Of a stretch of DNA of 64,000 nucleotides, positions 50,485-60,252 are shown piece after piece (the first letter of the stretch is position 1; the number at the start of each line of letters is the position of its first letter). Position numbers and translations under genes: made by a program. The notes beneath the pieces were generated by a model that searched no databases, was not told where the DNA came from, and was given only the letters and a program-made list of their open reading frames with translations. The DNA comes from a virus. The stretch spans positions 32,001-96,000 of IMG/VR virus record IMGVR_UViG_3300003873_000002. One strand, given 5' to 3'.

Positions 50485-52706
50485 AATTCTGCATCCATTT
50501 TAACGATATGTTTAGTATAAAATCCTACACTAGCTGAAAGTGGGATATTATCATTATGTGGTATGATATCATTCCCTAATGTATTTGACAACGAAGAAAT
50601 ATTTTGACCAAATCCCCATCTATCTTCAACTAATACAAAATCTAATGAAGGTGTTGTTCTCATTTTTGAAAATGATATCGAATTTGGTGATTGACCATAA
50701 AAATTACTATAATTACCATTTTTAACACAAACAAACGCCTCTTCTTTATAATAGCGCTGGCATAGATCTAATTCAAATCCGTATGGTCTTTGTTCAAAAT
50801 CTGAGACTATTACTGAAGCTAAATTCCCCATTTCTAACTGCACATTTGTTAGTTTAATATAATCACCCACATCCAGTGTTACTTGTGCATTACTACATAT
50901 ATATAATGTTGCACCGAGATTTTTATCATTAAAAATCTGTTTATTGAACGCATTTGATGGTATATCAAAAACAATGCGTTCAAATGCACCACCACTATGC
51001 GTAAACAACCCATTATATGTTTCTGTAGTTGAATCAATACATTCTGTAATTAATTGGATTTCAAATTTGCCTGACTTGTTACTATAGATGTCAAAAGATA
51101 GTCTCATTTCATTACCAACAATATTGGTTATGTCCCTACCTTCAAATTTGTATATATATGGGTTTATAATTGATGTGGCATCTTTTTTTAGTATTTCAAC
51201 AGATGCATGTTTTTTAACAATATAATCTACATTTTCAATATATAATTTTTTGATTTCAGTGTCGGTTAATACCCTGTTAAATATTCTAAATTGGTCTATA
51301 TAGCCACCGAAATTATAATTAAATTTAATTGATTTATCTGCAGAATACCCAACAGTTATTCTATCATAATGGGTCGATGTACACTCAACATATAAACAAT
51401 GCCATTCATTTTTTGTGAATGTATTTGCGCCTTTTACACCATCTATATACCAATCACCTTTATTACCATCAAGGAAATAATAAAAATCTGTGCCCGAATT
51501 AATGATAATTGCATCATGTTCGACAGTACCTGTACCCCTTCTAAAATCTAATAAATAGTTATTTTCGTTGTTATAATGATCCCAATAAAACCATATACAA
51601 AAACTTTTTGGGCTTTGGTCTAAGTTTATATCAACACAATTAACCCTTGCAGATGTATCCATAAATGCAGCTGCTTGCCCAAATTTGCCATTATCATACG
51701 TTTCATTTCCAGTCCATACGCCATTGAAATTGCCATTCATATCATTGGCATTTCCATCGAATGTGTATCCAGCTATTTGACTACCATCTTTAAATGGGTC
51801 TGAGTTATTCACCAAGCTATTAGTCGGGATATTACCAGGTTTATAATATATATATTCATTTTTAACACTAATTGAGCTATTGATTGCTTCATTGACCCAT
51901 CTATCAGCAACATATGCGCTGTTGTTGGTTATCGTTGAGGAACTATTCCTCTGCCACACATCAAAACCACCATTAATAATATAATTCTTAATACCATTAC
52001 CAAGTTTTTCTTTAAAATTTCCTAATGTATATTGGAGATCTGTTATACTTGTTGAATTAATATCAATATCTGTTTTATTATTTGTTGTTTCTACCTGTAA
52101 GTTTGATATATCATTTATAATATTACTTAAATCAACAGTGCTACCGCCTGTGTTTATAGATTCTATTAATGTTCTTAATTCTTGTATCTGGTTGTTTAAA
52201 CCATTATCATTATTAGTTATTTCACTTTCTAGTGATGTTCTTAATTCTTGTATCATGTTCACGAGGTTATTAATATCACCTTGGTTAGTGGACACATCAC
52301 TTGTATTTTTATAAACCTTAGCAGTTAAGTCGCCTAAACTACTATTAATTTTATTAATATCTACATTTATGTTATTGTTTTGGTTATTGTTTTGGTTGTA
52401 CCCGACACACTTTGAGAGTATATTATCTATGCGTAGACTATTTTGTGTAATATTGTCCTTCAGTGCATTAAATTTATCTGTGAATATTTTAACATATGAT
52501 TGCAAGTCACTAATCTGTTTTTCGTTTAAAATAGTACTTTTATCATTGTTTTGTTTATATTTATTTATATATGCTATGATATCATTTAATTGTTTTTTTA
52601 GATCATTTATATCAGAATCTAAATATAAATCATTTGCAATCAATTTAGATAATTGTGATTTATTATCGCTAATTATTTGATCTACTGATATATTTGGTAA
52701 ACTCAT
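50481..52706 (-). CDS. Fibre protein with LamG-like and carbohydrate-binding-like domains
   Basis: NYIINGGFDVWQR...LCQRYY domain; YTFDGNAND...FGGYIDQFRIFNRVL. Confidence 0.8.
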   Translation of the reverse strand: MSLPNISVDQIISDNKSQLSKLIANDLYLDSDINDLKKQLNDIIAYINKYKQNNDKSTILNEKQISDLQSYVKIFTDKFNALKDNITQNSLRIDNILSKCVGYNQNNNQNNNINVDINKINSSLGDLTAKVYKNTSDVSTNQGDINNLVNMIQELRTSLESEITNNDNGLNNQIQELRTLIESINTGGSTVDLSNIINDISNLQVETTNNKTDIDINSTSITDLQYTLGNFKEKLGNGIKNYIINGGFDVWQRNSSSTITNNSAYVADRWVNEAINSSISVKNEYIYYKPGNIPTNSLVNNSDPFKDGSQIAGYTFDGNANDMNGNFNGVWTGNETYDNGKFGQAAAFMDTSARVNCVDINLDQSPKSFCIWFYWDHYNNENNYLLDFRRGTGTVEHDAIIINSGTDFYYFLDGNKGDWYIDGVKGANTFTKNEWHCLYVECTSTHYDRITVGYSADKSIKFNYNFGGYIDQFRIFNRVLTDTEIKKLYIENVDYIVKKHASVEILKKDATSIINPYIYKFEGRDITNIVGNEMRLSFDIYSNKSGKFEIQLITECIDSTTETYNGLFTHSGGAFERIVFDIPSNAFNKQIFNDKNLGATLYICSNAQVTLDVGDYIKLTNVQLEMGNLASVIVSDFEQRPYGFELDLCQRYYKEEAFVCVKNGNYSNFYGQSPNSISFSKMRTTPSLDFVLVEDRWGFGQNISSLSNTLGNDIIPHNDNIPLSASVGFYTKHIVKMDAEL

Positions 52707-53047
52707 TTGTGTGATCTCTTTTTCTTAAAATATCCGTGCATTGTTACACCTGCTACCATCAATACCCTTCTCCATGTAGATATTTTTAGTTGTTTTAATT
52801 CTTTATTGAAGAATGATGTGCATTCACCCCAAGATTTATCACTTGTAGTTAATAGATAATCATGCAATAATGCGGCGGATGTGTAACGACCAATAGGTGG
52901 GAATATTGACCATAGAATACGCGGGACAGATGCACCATCAAATTCGAAACCACATGGTATAGTAAATCCCATGATATTCACTGTTTCCAATGTTTTATAA
53001 TATACTGGGTCATACCAATTTTTTGGTATTATAATTTCAACACGCAT
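52703..53047 (-). CDS. DUF1353 family protein
   Basis: IPCGFEFDGASVPR...AALLHDYL. Confidence 0.85.
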   Translation of the reverse strand: MRVEIIIPKNWYDPVYYKTLETVNIMGFTIPCGFEFDGASVPRILWSIFPPIGRYTSAALLHDYLLTTSDKSWGECTSFFNKELKQLKISTWRRVLMVAGVTMHGYFKKKRSHK

Positions 53048-53056
53048 TTTTTTCTC

Positions 53057-53593
53057 CTAAAAATCTACTATTAAATGAACTCTATCGCTTTTACCATTAT
53101 TATACACACCGTGTTTTAATTTGTTATTTATTTCCACAACATCGCCCTTTTTAAAATGATGATTTTTATTATCAATTTTAAAATTAACTTCAGGATTAGT
53201 ACTGATTACTATATGAAAACGTTTACATGTACCATGAAACGGTGCAATGTCTATATGTTCACTAATACATTTTCCCGCGGGCAATCTTGCAAACAATAAG
53301 CTTTTTGGTTCTTTGAATCTTAAAACCTGGTGTGTTTTAATAATACGATTTACTATTTCTATTACTTCATTGAAATAAACTGTATCTTCGTTTACAGTGA
53401 ATACATGATCGTTATTATTATGTTTATAAATTACTGATTGTGTATGGTTATTAACGGAGTCTCTGAACTGGCGTATATTGTTCTCAAGCCATGTTTCTTC
53501 ACTGAATGATTCAACTATTTTTTCTAGTCTTTTAAAATCAGGTGTATTTTTTATATTTTCAAATAAAATGTGTGTTTTGTTTGGTATAAACAT
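53057..53593 (-). CDS. Aspartyl/asparaginyl beta-hydroxylase-like 2OG-Fe(II) oxygenase
   Basis: HID, RFHI, INNKLKHGVYN...RVHLIVD. Confidence 0.85.
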   Translation of the reverse strand: MFIPNKTHILFENIKNTPDFKRLEKIVESFSEETWLENNIRQFRDSVNNHTQSVIYKHNNNDHVFTVNEDTVYFNEVIEIVNRIIKTHQVLRFKEPKSLLFARLPAGKCISEHIDIAPFHGTCKRFHIVISTNPEVNFKIDNKNHHFKKGDVVEINNKLKHGVYNNGKSDRVHLIVDF

Positions 53594-53651
53594 TTATCAT
53601 CCCAAAATTATTTATTTTTACTCTGTCGTTTTAGACATTTTAGTCATTCAG

Positions 53652-54233
53652 TTATTGAAATCTACTTGCTGCTCCAAACAACTTTTTTTCAACATCTTTT
53701 CTTTGTTTTTCAAGAATATTTGACGCTTCTTTACTCTCCACCAAATATTTGTGGCCATACGGTGAATTATCACCATTATAATAGTCTGTTAACATCCCAT
53801 TACTTTTTCTTAGTGCAAACACACACCATGCAGTTGTATTGTCTTCCAATGCGGTAATTTTATGCTCTTTATCTGCTTTAATTGTTACATATGTAGGTGC
53901 TTTAAAAATTTTCGGTTCAAAACCATCAACTTCTACTTTTACTGAACCTGAAGTAATTAATGAAACATGGTCATGGATATGTTTATGCCCTTCATGTGCA
54001 ATTCCTTTATGGGGGTAACTTTGTTTTCTTACCCATACATTCCCAAAAAATCCTTCTTCTGATGTTTTCATTTCAAGATTATCGAAATAATTATTTGTCT
54101 TTTTAATAATTTCGTTTATATCCAATTTTCCATCAGTGTTTTTGGTTTCTATTAATATTTGCTCCATTTGCACTGCATTAATATCACCGTTTAATAATTT
54201 ATCAATTAATATTATTTTATCTTCGTCTTTCAT
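53652..54233 (-). CDS. Cupin-domain protein
   Basis: GHKHIHDHVSL..G.V; IKADKEHKITAL. Confidence 0.8.
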   Translation of the reverse strand: MKDEDKIILIDKLLNGDINAVQMEQILIETKNTDGKLDINEIIKKTNNYFDNLEMKTSEEGFFGNVWVRKQSYPHKGIAHEGHKHIHDHVSLITSGSVKVEVDGFEPKIFKAPTYVTIKADKEHKITALEDNTTAWCVFALRKSNGMLTDYYNGDNSPYGHKYLVESKEASNILEKQRKDVEKKLFGAASRFQ

Positions 54234-54302
54234 TTTATGTCCATTTTCTTTTAATTTATTGTGTTTTATTGTGTTTTATTGTGTTTTATTATATTATTGT
54301 GA

Positions 54303-54932
54303 TTATATTTCTTTTAGCTGTCTAATCGCTTCATCAGCAACATCTTTAACTTTTTTTACATGGATAACATCATTAATATTTTCAATATCATCTATCGATT
54401 TCTTTGATGTTAACCTGATTTTTTCGATATACGCAAAAATTTCAATACTTTTGTTATGTTTATCTATAATTTTATTCGCGACGTCGATTAATACAGTATC
54501 AGTAAATTCAGCTTCTTGTGCAATCATTGGTATTAATTTAATATCTATATTATTGTCGCTGATATAATTAATAGACTCGTTATATTTTATATCATAAACC
54601 ATAACTTGCCCAGGATATGATGTAATGAATTCCGATCGAACTATTTCTGCTTCTTTATCAATTTTTTCTTTTTTTAGCTGTTTTGCATAACCAATTGATA
54701 TATTATTATTTCCGGTGGGTTTTTCAGCGGGATTTTCATTATTGGTATACACCACTTCGCCGTTTATATATTTGTAATCATTGAGTGGTTTATCCAATTT
54801 TTTTGGTATTTCGATTACTATTTCATCTTCTTCACCTTCTAGCCCAGTAATTGGGGTGACCTCAAAATCATCTGGGTTTTCTGTATCCCATTGGTGTAAT
54901 ACACGTTCTTTATTTATAAGTAATTTAATCAT
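54303..54932 (-). CDS. Fibre assembly chaperone-like protein
   Basis: PGQVMVY..K..E...IEKIRL pattern; TAATG-coupled to the fibre gene. Confidence 0.65.
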   Translation of the reverse strand: MIKLLINKERVLHQWDTENPDDFEVTPITGLEGEEDEIVIEIPKKLDKPLNDYKYINGEVVYTNNENPAEKPTGNNNISIGYAKQLKKEKIDKEAEIVRSEFITSYPGQVMVYDIKYNESINYISDNNIDIKLIPMIAQEAEFTDTVLIDVANKIIDKHNKSIEIFAYIEKIRLTSKKSIDDIENINDVIHVKKVKDVADEAIRQLKEI

Positions 54933-56614
54933 TAAATTATTTCCCATGATGTTCCAGTACTTATTAACTGGGAAATTACTGCATATCCATTATTATTATA
55001 TTTATTATACATGGCTTGGCATCGAATACTTACTGTTTGTCCAGGAGCTACGTCGATTGATGCTGAAAGTGTTGAACTAGTAGTTGCACGATAATTTTGT
55101 TGTGCTGCAACGCTACCATTAAACAATATGCGAACACCCAATGTTACAGCATCTAAATTATAACTAAATGTCACTTTAAATGTCATTCTTACATTAAAGG
55201 ATGTATCATTTTTAAATGGTTGTGGGTATATGGTCCGACGCGGTTTCGGGGCTACATACGTCGATGTATACCATTTAGCATTATCACCAGTACCCGCGCC
55301 AGCGCCAGATGTATACACTTGGTTATCAGCCAGTTTAAATGGATCACGCCAATATCTACTCGGGAAAAAATCCCTATAAAAGTAACCACTGATACCACCA
55401 ACATTGGTCCCTGTCGAATTTATTACTGATAAAAACTGATCCATTGTAACATAATTAGCATTTGAAACTGCATCCACGCGCTGCGTTAATGATGATACAG
55501 TATTATTAGTTACAGTTTTAACATCATTGATTGTTGATGTTAATTCAGTTTTAGTTGTGCTAATGTCATTCGAAACTTGTGTAGAAAAACTAGCAAACTC
55601 TGCATCTACTTGTGCTTTGTAGTCAGCTAATTCCCTTTCAAGTTGCTCATTTAGTGTTTTTAAAGCTTTAGAACTAGATACAGTAGTAGTAGAGTCACTT
55701 GTAATTGAATTGGATATATCTTTAACTTTAACATAATCAGTGCCTTCCAATCCATCCAATAAATCTGCATCAAATTTTGAAGTATGGCCACCATTAGTTG
55801 TATTCAATGCATTATAAATTTCAATTGGACTACCTTTAGGTTGATTAAAAGATACAGAATTAATGTTATGATATCTACATCTAACTAGTGTAATAGTGTA
55901 TGTTGATGTCACATTGGCAGATCTATTTGCATATATTGTAACATTATCCCCATCTTCTACGAACACAAAGCCTCTGATAGATTTAGGTGCATTTAATCCG
56001 TAGCTTTCATTTATTGCAAAACCTGATACGTTGGTTTTTTTGGTTATATGCAATTTTATGAACGATTGCTGTTTTTTATTGGTGTTATTTCCCGCAGAGT
56101 TGGCAAAAACAAGAACAGCTGTGCTTCCTTTTTTGAATCTTGTTAGTTGACCTAAATTAATCCAATCTATTTTAGATCCAGATGGTGTTGTATTATATGT
56201 TCTTGATTGTTCAATGTCATCTAAAAATAATGTTGTAGTTCCATCCAGTGTTTTCTTGATAGATGCTATTTTTTTATCTTTGGATTGATTCGAGTGAAAA
56301 TTAAACTGACCTGTATATCCATCAAGACCTTCTTCAGTATCAAGATATGTTATCCCATCCCAATTAGAGTCCAGTATTTGGTCCCCCATAGGGATACTAT
56401 CATGCGAATCAACCATATCCTTTTCTAGAATTTGTAGGCGTATATCTGATACTTGGTCCAATGCATCCAATAAGTGGTGTAATTTTCTATCGTTTTCCAG
56501 CAGCTGTTGTGGTGCTTTATTAAGATTGCCACCGTTTAAATCAGTGAAATATGCGGTATCATTGCCCTCATAAAATCCAAATATGCTTTCATTCGGTAAT
56601 TTTTCTATGGTCAT
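54932..56614 (-). CDS. Fibre protein
   Basis: LPNESIFGFYEG anchor, FDADLLDGL, ISNSITSDSTTTVSSSKALK. Confidence 0.75.
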   Translation of the reverse strand: MTIEKLPNESIFGFYEGNDTAYFTDLNGGNLNKAPQQLLENDRKLHHLLDALDQVSDIRLQILEKDMVDSHDSIPMGDQILDSNWDGITYLDTEEGLDGYTGQFNFHSNQSKDKKIASIKKTLDGTTTLFLDDIEQSRTYNTTPSGSKIDWINLGQLTRFKKGSTAVLVFANSAGNNTNKKQQSFIKLHITKKTNVSGFAINESYGLNAPKSIRGFVFVEDGDNVTIYANRSANVTSTYTITLVRCRYHNINSVSFNQPKGSPIEIYNALNTTNGGHTSKFDADLLDGLEGTDYVKVKDISNSITSDSTTTVSSSKALKTLNEQLERELADYKAQVDAEFASFSTQVSNDISTTKTELTSTINDVKTVTNNTVSSLTQRVDAVSNANYVTMDQFLSVINSTGTNVGGISGYFYRDFFPSRYWRDPFKLADNQVYTSGAGAGTGDNAKWYTSTYVAPKPRRTIYPQPFKNDTSFNVRMTFKVTFSYNLDAVTLGVRILFNGSVAAQQNYRATTSSTLSASIDVAPGQTVSIRCQAMYNKYNNNGYAVISQLISTGTSWEII

Positions 56615-56698
56615 TGAAATTCTCTTGTTTATTTATACAATTATTTAATTCATATTGATAGTTATCAATAGGATAATTTTCATGATATTTTATTATTT

Positions 56699-57184
56699 TT
56701 ACTGTTTTGATAGTATTTTGATAGTGTTTTCAAGCTCATTTATTCTACTTTCATGGTCTTTTATTGCTTCAATCAATAAACCAACCATATTTCCGTATGT
56801 CACTGATAAATAACCATCTCTTTCGATAACAGCTTCAGGTAACACTTCTTTGACTTCTTGTGCAATTACGCCTGTTTGTGTTTTTGTTTCGATATCATTT
56901 CTTTCAAATGTATACCCATTTAGTTGTTTTACTTTATTAACAGCATCTTCAATTTTTTTAATATCTGTTTTGAGGCGTTTATCAGAAAAAGTTGCGTTCA
57001 CTGACAATTTTGCGTTTATATCTTTGATATCATTTTCGACCGCTGTTGTTGCAGATTCTAGTTTTTTGATGTTTTCTTGTAATTGGTTTGGTGCTTTATT
57101 TAAATTTATACCTGTCAAATCTGTATATTTTGATTCATCAGTTCCTTCGTAAAAATTGAAAATTGTTTTATTTGGTATTTTCAT
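56699..57184 (-). CDS. Mini fibre: anchor plus peptidase S74-type intramolecular chaperone
   Basis: IPNKTIFNFYEG anchor; FSDKRLK...GVIAQEV..VLPEAV...YGNMVGLLIEAIK. Confidence 0.85.
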   Translation of the reverse strand: MKIPNKTIFNFYEGTDESKYTDLTGINLNKAPNQLQENIKKLESATTAVENDIKDINAKLSVNATFSDKRLKTDIKKIEDAVNKVKQLNGYTFERNDIETKTQTGVIAQEVKEVLPEAVIERDGYLSVTYGNMVGLLIEAIKDHESRINELENTIKILSKQ

Positions 57185-57332
57185 GCCACATCCTTAAATT
57201 TATATTGTAAGTGTATATAATGCTCAGTACAGCATTTATTTTATTAACATATACATTTGTATTGTTTGTATTATTGATTGTTTAAATGCGATTAAATGCG
57301 ATTAAATATCATTTAATGTGGTTTAAAATAGG

Positions 57333-57821
57333 TTATACTATTTTAGTTAGTTGTATTTCTGTATAATTATCGTTTGTTACTTTAAAAATAATATTATTGT
57401 TATTGGTTGTTATTTGTGGATATTTGCCACTAATAACACTTTGTCCCTTAAAATTTCCATCAGTTACAGTTACACTAGTAGGTGTATTTATGCCATCAGA
57501 AACTGTTATACTATTTCCACTAAAAATAATTTTATTATCATATAAATCCACTACACCATTAAAATTGCATAACGAATCTACTACTATACTGTTTGTTATT
57601 TCATTGCCGCTCGCATCACTGTTTTTAAATATTAACGTACTGAGATTAGATTTAACACCAATTTCAACATTTTTGCTGTTAATTGTCTTTGAAACAACAG
57701 AATCACCAACCCATTTATATGATGCGAATATTACTACACCATTAAGTTTAACTTTGCATACATAATTATTATTGAATTTAACTAGCTTTAAATCTGTTTT
57801 ATTACCATTAAATGATATCAC
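57333..57821 (-). CDS. Putative fibre tip/accessory protein
   Basis: Overlaps the stop of the upstream fibre gene; beta-rich. Confidence 0.5.
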   Translation of the reverse strand: MISFNGNKTDLKLVKFNNNYVCKVKLNGVVIFASYKWVGDSVVSKTINSKNVEIGVKSNLSTLIFKNSDASGNEITNSIVVDSLCNFNGVVDLYDNKIIFSGNSITVSDGINTPTSVTVTDGNFKGQSVISGKYPQITTNNNNIIFKVTNDNYTEIQLTKIV

Positions 57822-58969
57822 GCATCTGTCCCGTCGTTTGTAATGCTGAGTGTTCCAGTGGTGGCATCATATGATATTTTAATTAGGCCAGCCTTTTTAT
57901 TCGTAGCATTACCCAAATTACTCTTTTTTACATACAATAAGTCTGAATCTATTTTACTATAATAATTATACAAATCACTCGATGACACAAACATACCATT
58001 TAATTTTTGCTCTTCCAAAAAAATCTGGTTATTTACAAATGCCTGTGTTGCCATTTTACTAAAATCATATTGGCTTATATTGATTTCAATATCATGAATC
58101 CTATTCACATTACTAGCAGTATCAGTTGTTAATTGTGAAATATTTGATTCGTTAGTATCAAGTCTATTTGTATGGTCTGAGATATCGTTTTTGATATTAG
58201 AAATATCATCAGTGTTTGTTTTTATTTTTGTATTTAGTGACTCGTTTGACGTATTGATAGACGAATTCAATTCATTATTTATATCATTGATTTTTGAGGG
58301 TGCATCATAGTCCTCAATCGTTTTGATTCTAGTATTTAAACTAGGAATTTTGTCTGTTTCTATTTTAAGTTTATTTATGTTCGTTGCATTATTATTAATG
58401 TTATTCTTAATGGTGTTAATATCATTTTCGATTCCTGGTACTTTGTTTATTTTAGCTAAAGAATCATTATTAAAATCCGATTGCAAAGCAGTAATTTCAT
58501 TGTTTATGTTATTTAGTGAATCATTAACAGTTTTCTTGAAATCTGTATATTTGATTTTTAAATCAACAAGATTATCATTTATTTCGCCTACTATTTTTGT
58601 AGATGCACCTGTTACACTATCTCTAACACTATTTGCAACATTATCACTAATATGTGTTACAGTATCTGTAAAAACTGCATTGATTGGTACGGCTGTTTTA
58701 ACTTTATTTTTAAAAAGGTTATTGAATTTTGTATCTAATGCATTGATTTCATTATTAATTGTTTTAAGGTCTTCTGCAGATTTTGCGTCAGTGTAGTCTT
58801 TTTGCAACTTTTTAATTTCTAAAACGAATGCATTATATTCATCATAAAATGCATCAATATTTTCTTTGAGTTGGTCAGATGCTAGATTAAGATTATATCC
58901 AGTCAAATCAGAGAATTTCTTACTGTCAAGACCTTCATAAAATTGGAAAATTGTTTGATTTGGTAGCAT
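57818..58969 (-). CDS. Coiled-coil fibre protein
   Basis: LPNQTIFQFYEG anchor, VPINAVFTDT, ATNKKAGLIK. Confidence 0.7.
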   Translation of the reverse strand: MLPNQTIFQFYEGLDSKKFSDLTGYNLNLASDQLKENIDAFYDEYNAFVLEIKKLQKDYTDAKSAEDLKTINNEINALDTKFNNLFKNKVKTAVPINAVFTDTVTHISDNVANSVRDSVTGASTKIVGEINDNLVDLKIKYTDFKKTVNDSLNNINNEITALQSDFNNDSLAKINKVPGIENDINTIKNNINNNATNINKLKIETDKIPSLNTRIKTIEDYDAPSKINDINNELNSSINTSNESLNTKIKTNTDDISNIKNDISDHTNRLDTNESNISQLTTDTASNVNRIHDIEINISQYDFSKMATQAFVNNQIFLEEQKLNGMFVSSSDLYNYYSKIDSDLLYVKKSNLGNATNKKAGLIKISYDATTGTLSITNDGTDA

Positions 58970-59006
58970 GCGACCCTCTTATTTTATTATTAAGTGTTAA
59001 AAATTA

Positions 59007-59696
59007 TTAAAGCAATTCAGCTGTGGGTTTTTTAATATTTTTATATGTATTTTGAATTTCATCAATACGAGATAACTTACCATCAGACGAAATATTTCTT
59101 TCAATAGAGTACATACCTTCAGAAATATTTCCAGCATATTGTAAGCTTAATCCAAGGATTTCTTCCTGTGTTTTTGATGGTAATTGTGTAATTGCTTCAA
59201 GATTGCCTGATGTAATTTTGCCAGTAGAAACTAAATCAATAGATGCTTGTTTACCCAATCGATTAACCCAATATCTTTCTATTGCTTCATCACTACAAAA
59301 AGTATCTTCAATATCTGGATTGTTTTCTTTGATGTCATTGATAATACGACCAAAATTATTAATTTCCGCTTTTAGACGTCTATTTTTGGTTCGCATAGCG
59401 TCAATGATACTGTGGATTTCTTCGACGTCCATTTCTATTAACTGTTTTTTGAGAACATCCATTTCATTATCTCTTTCGCGCTCAGCAATTTTTAATTCAA
59501 TTATCTTTTTTTTAATTTTGTGTTCGTTATCATTGTAGTGTTCTAATCTAGTGTCATATTCCATTAAAGCTTGTTTAAAACGATATTCTTCAGTTTGTTG
59601 AGATCCAACAACAAACCATTTATCTGTAAATGCTGAATTGCTTGCAGCAGTTTCTAGTAATTGGTCAGTTGAATTTGATAAATTTAATTTTAACAT
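59007..59696 (-). CDS. Coiled-coil hypothetical protein
   Basis: 229 aa; YWVNRLGKQASIDL...G.I..GNL motif. Confidence 0.65.
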   Translation of the reverse strand: MLKLNLSNSTDQLLETAASNSAFTDKWFVVGSQQTEEYRFKQALMEYDTRLEHYNDNEHKIKKKIIELKIAERERDNEMDVLKKQLIEMDVEEIHSIIDAMRTKNRRLKAEINNFGRIINDIKENNPDIEDTFCSDEAIERYWVNRLGKQASIDLVSTGKITSGNLEAITQLPSKTQEEILGLSLQYAGNISEGMYSIERNISSDGKLSRIDEIQNTYKNIKKPTAELL

Positions 59697-59762
59697 TTTG
59701 GTATTGCTCTCTTTCTTATTATCTTATTTGTTCTTATCTGTTCTTATCTATTCTTATTTATT

Positions 59763-60251
59763 TTATTTCGGCTTTTTAAAAACTGGTAATTTTTCTTTAT
59801 ATTTATTTATATCCAAATCTTTAAGTTTATCGTTTTTGATTAGTTCTATCTGTTTTTCTGTATATGTCCATACATCTGCTTTCCATTTACCGAGTGCTTC
59901 CGCAATTTTTCTAAATTTATTCGGATAGCCCACATAATCACCTATAGATCTAAAATTATATTTAACACTTATAACATCATAAATATACTGTTCTGTGATT
60001 GTGTTTAATGTGTTTATTGTGTTTATTGTGTTTATTGTGTTTAATGTGTTTAATGTATCTGTTTTATCATTGTGGATTTTTGACACGATAACTAATTCGT
60101 TATTTTTTATCGTGATTTCTTTATCATCACTTATATTAACCGCATTAATAAATGTTTCACGATCAACATTTATTAAATCTGATGGCAGATTTTTGTATTT
60201 AGTTAATTTATTTTTTGGGTAAAACAGTTTTTTTGATGGTGAATATTTCAT
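59763..60251 (-). CDS. Tail fibre assembly chaperone
   Basis: MKYSPSKKLFYP...LPSDLI.V Tfa-like N-terminus. Confidence 0.7.
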   Translation of the reverse strand: MKYSPSKKLFYPKNKLTKYKNLPSDLINVDRETFINAVNISDDKEITIKNNELVIVSKIHNDKTDTLNTLNTINTINTINTLNTITEQYIYDVISVKYNFRSIGDYVGYPNKFRKIAEALGKWKADVWTYTEKQIELIKNDKLKDLDINKYKEKLPVFKKPK

Positions 60252-60252
60252 A

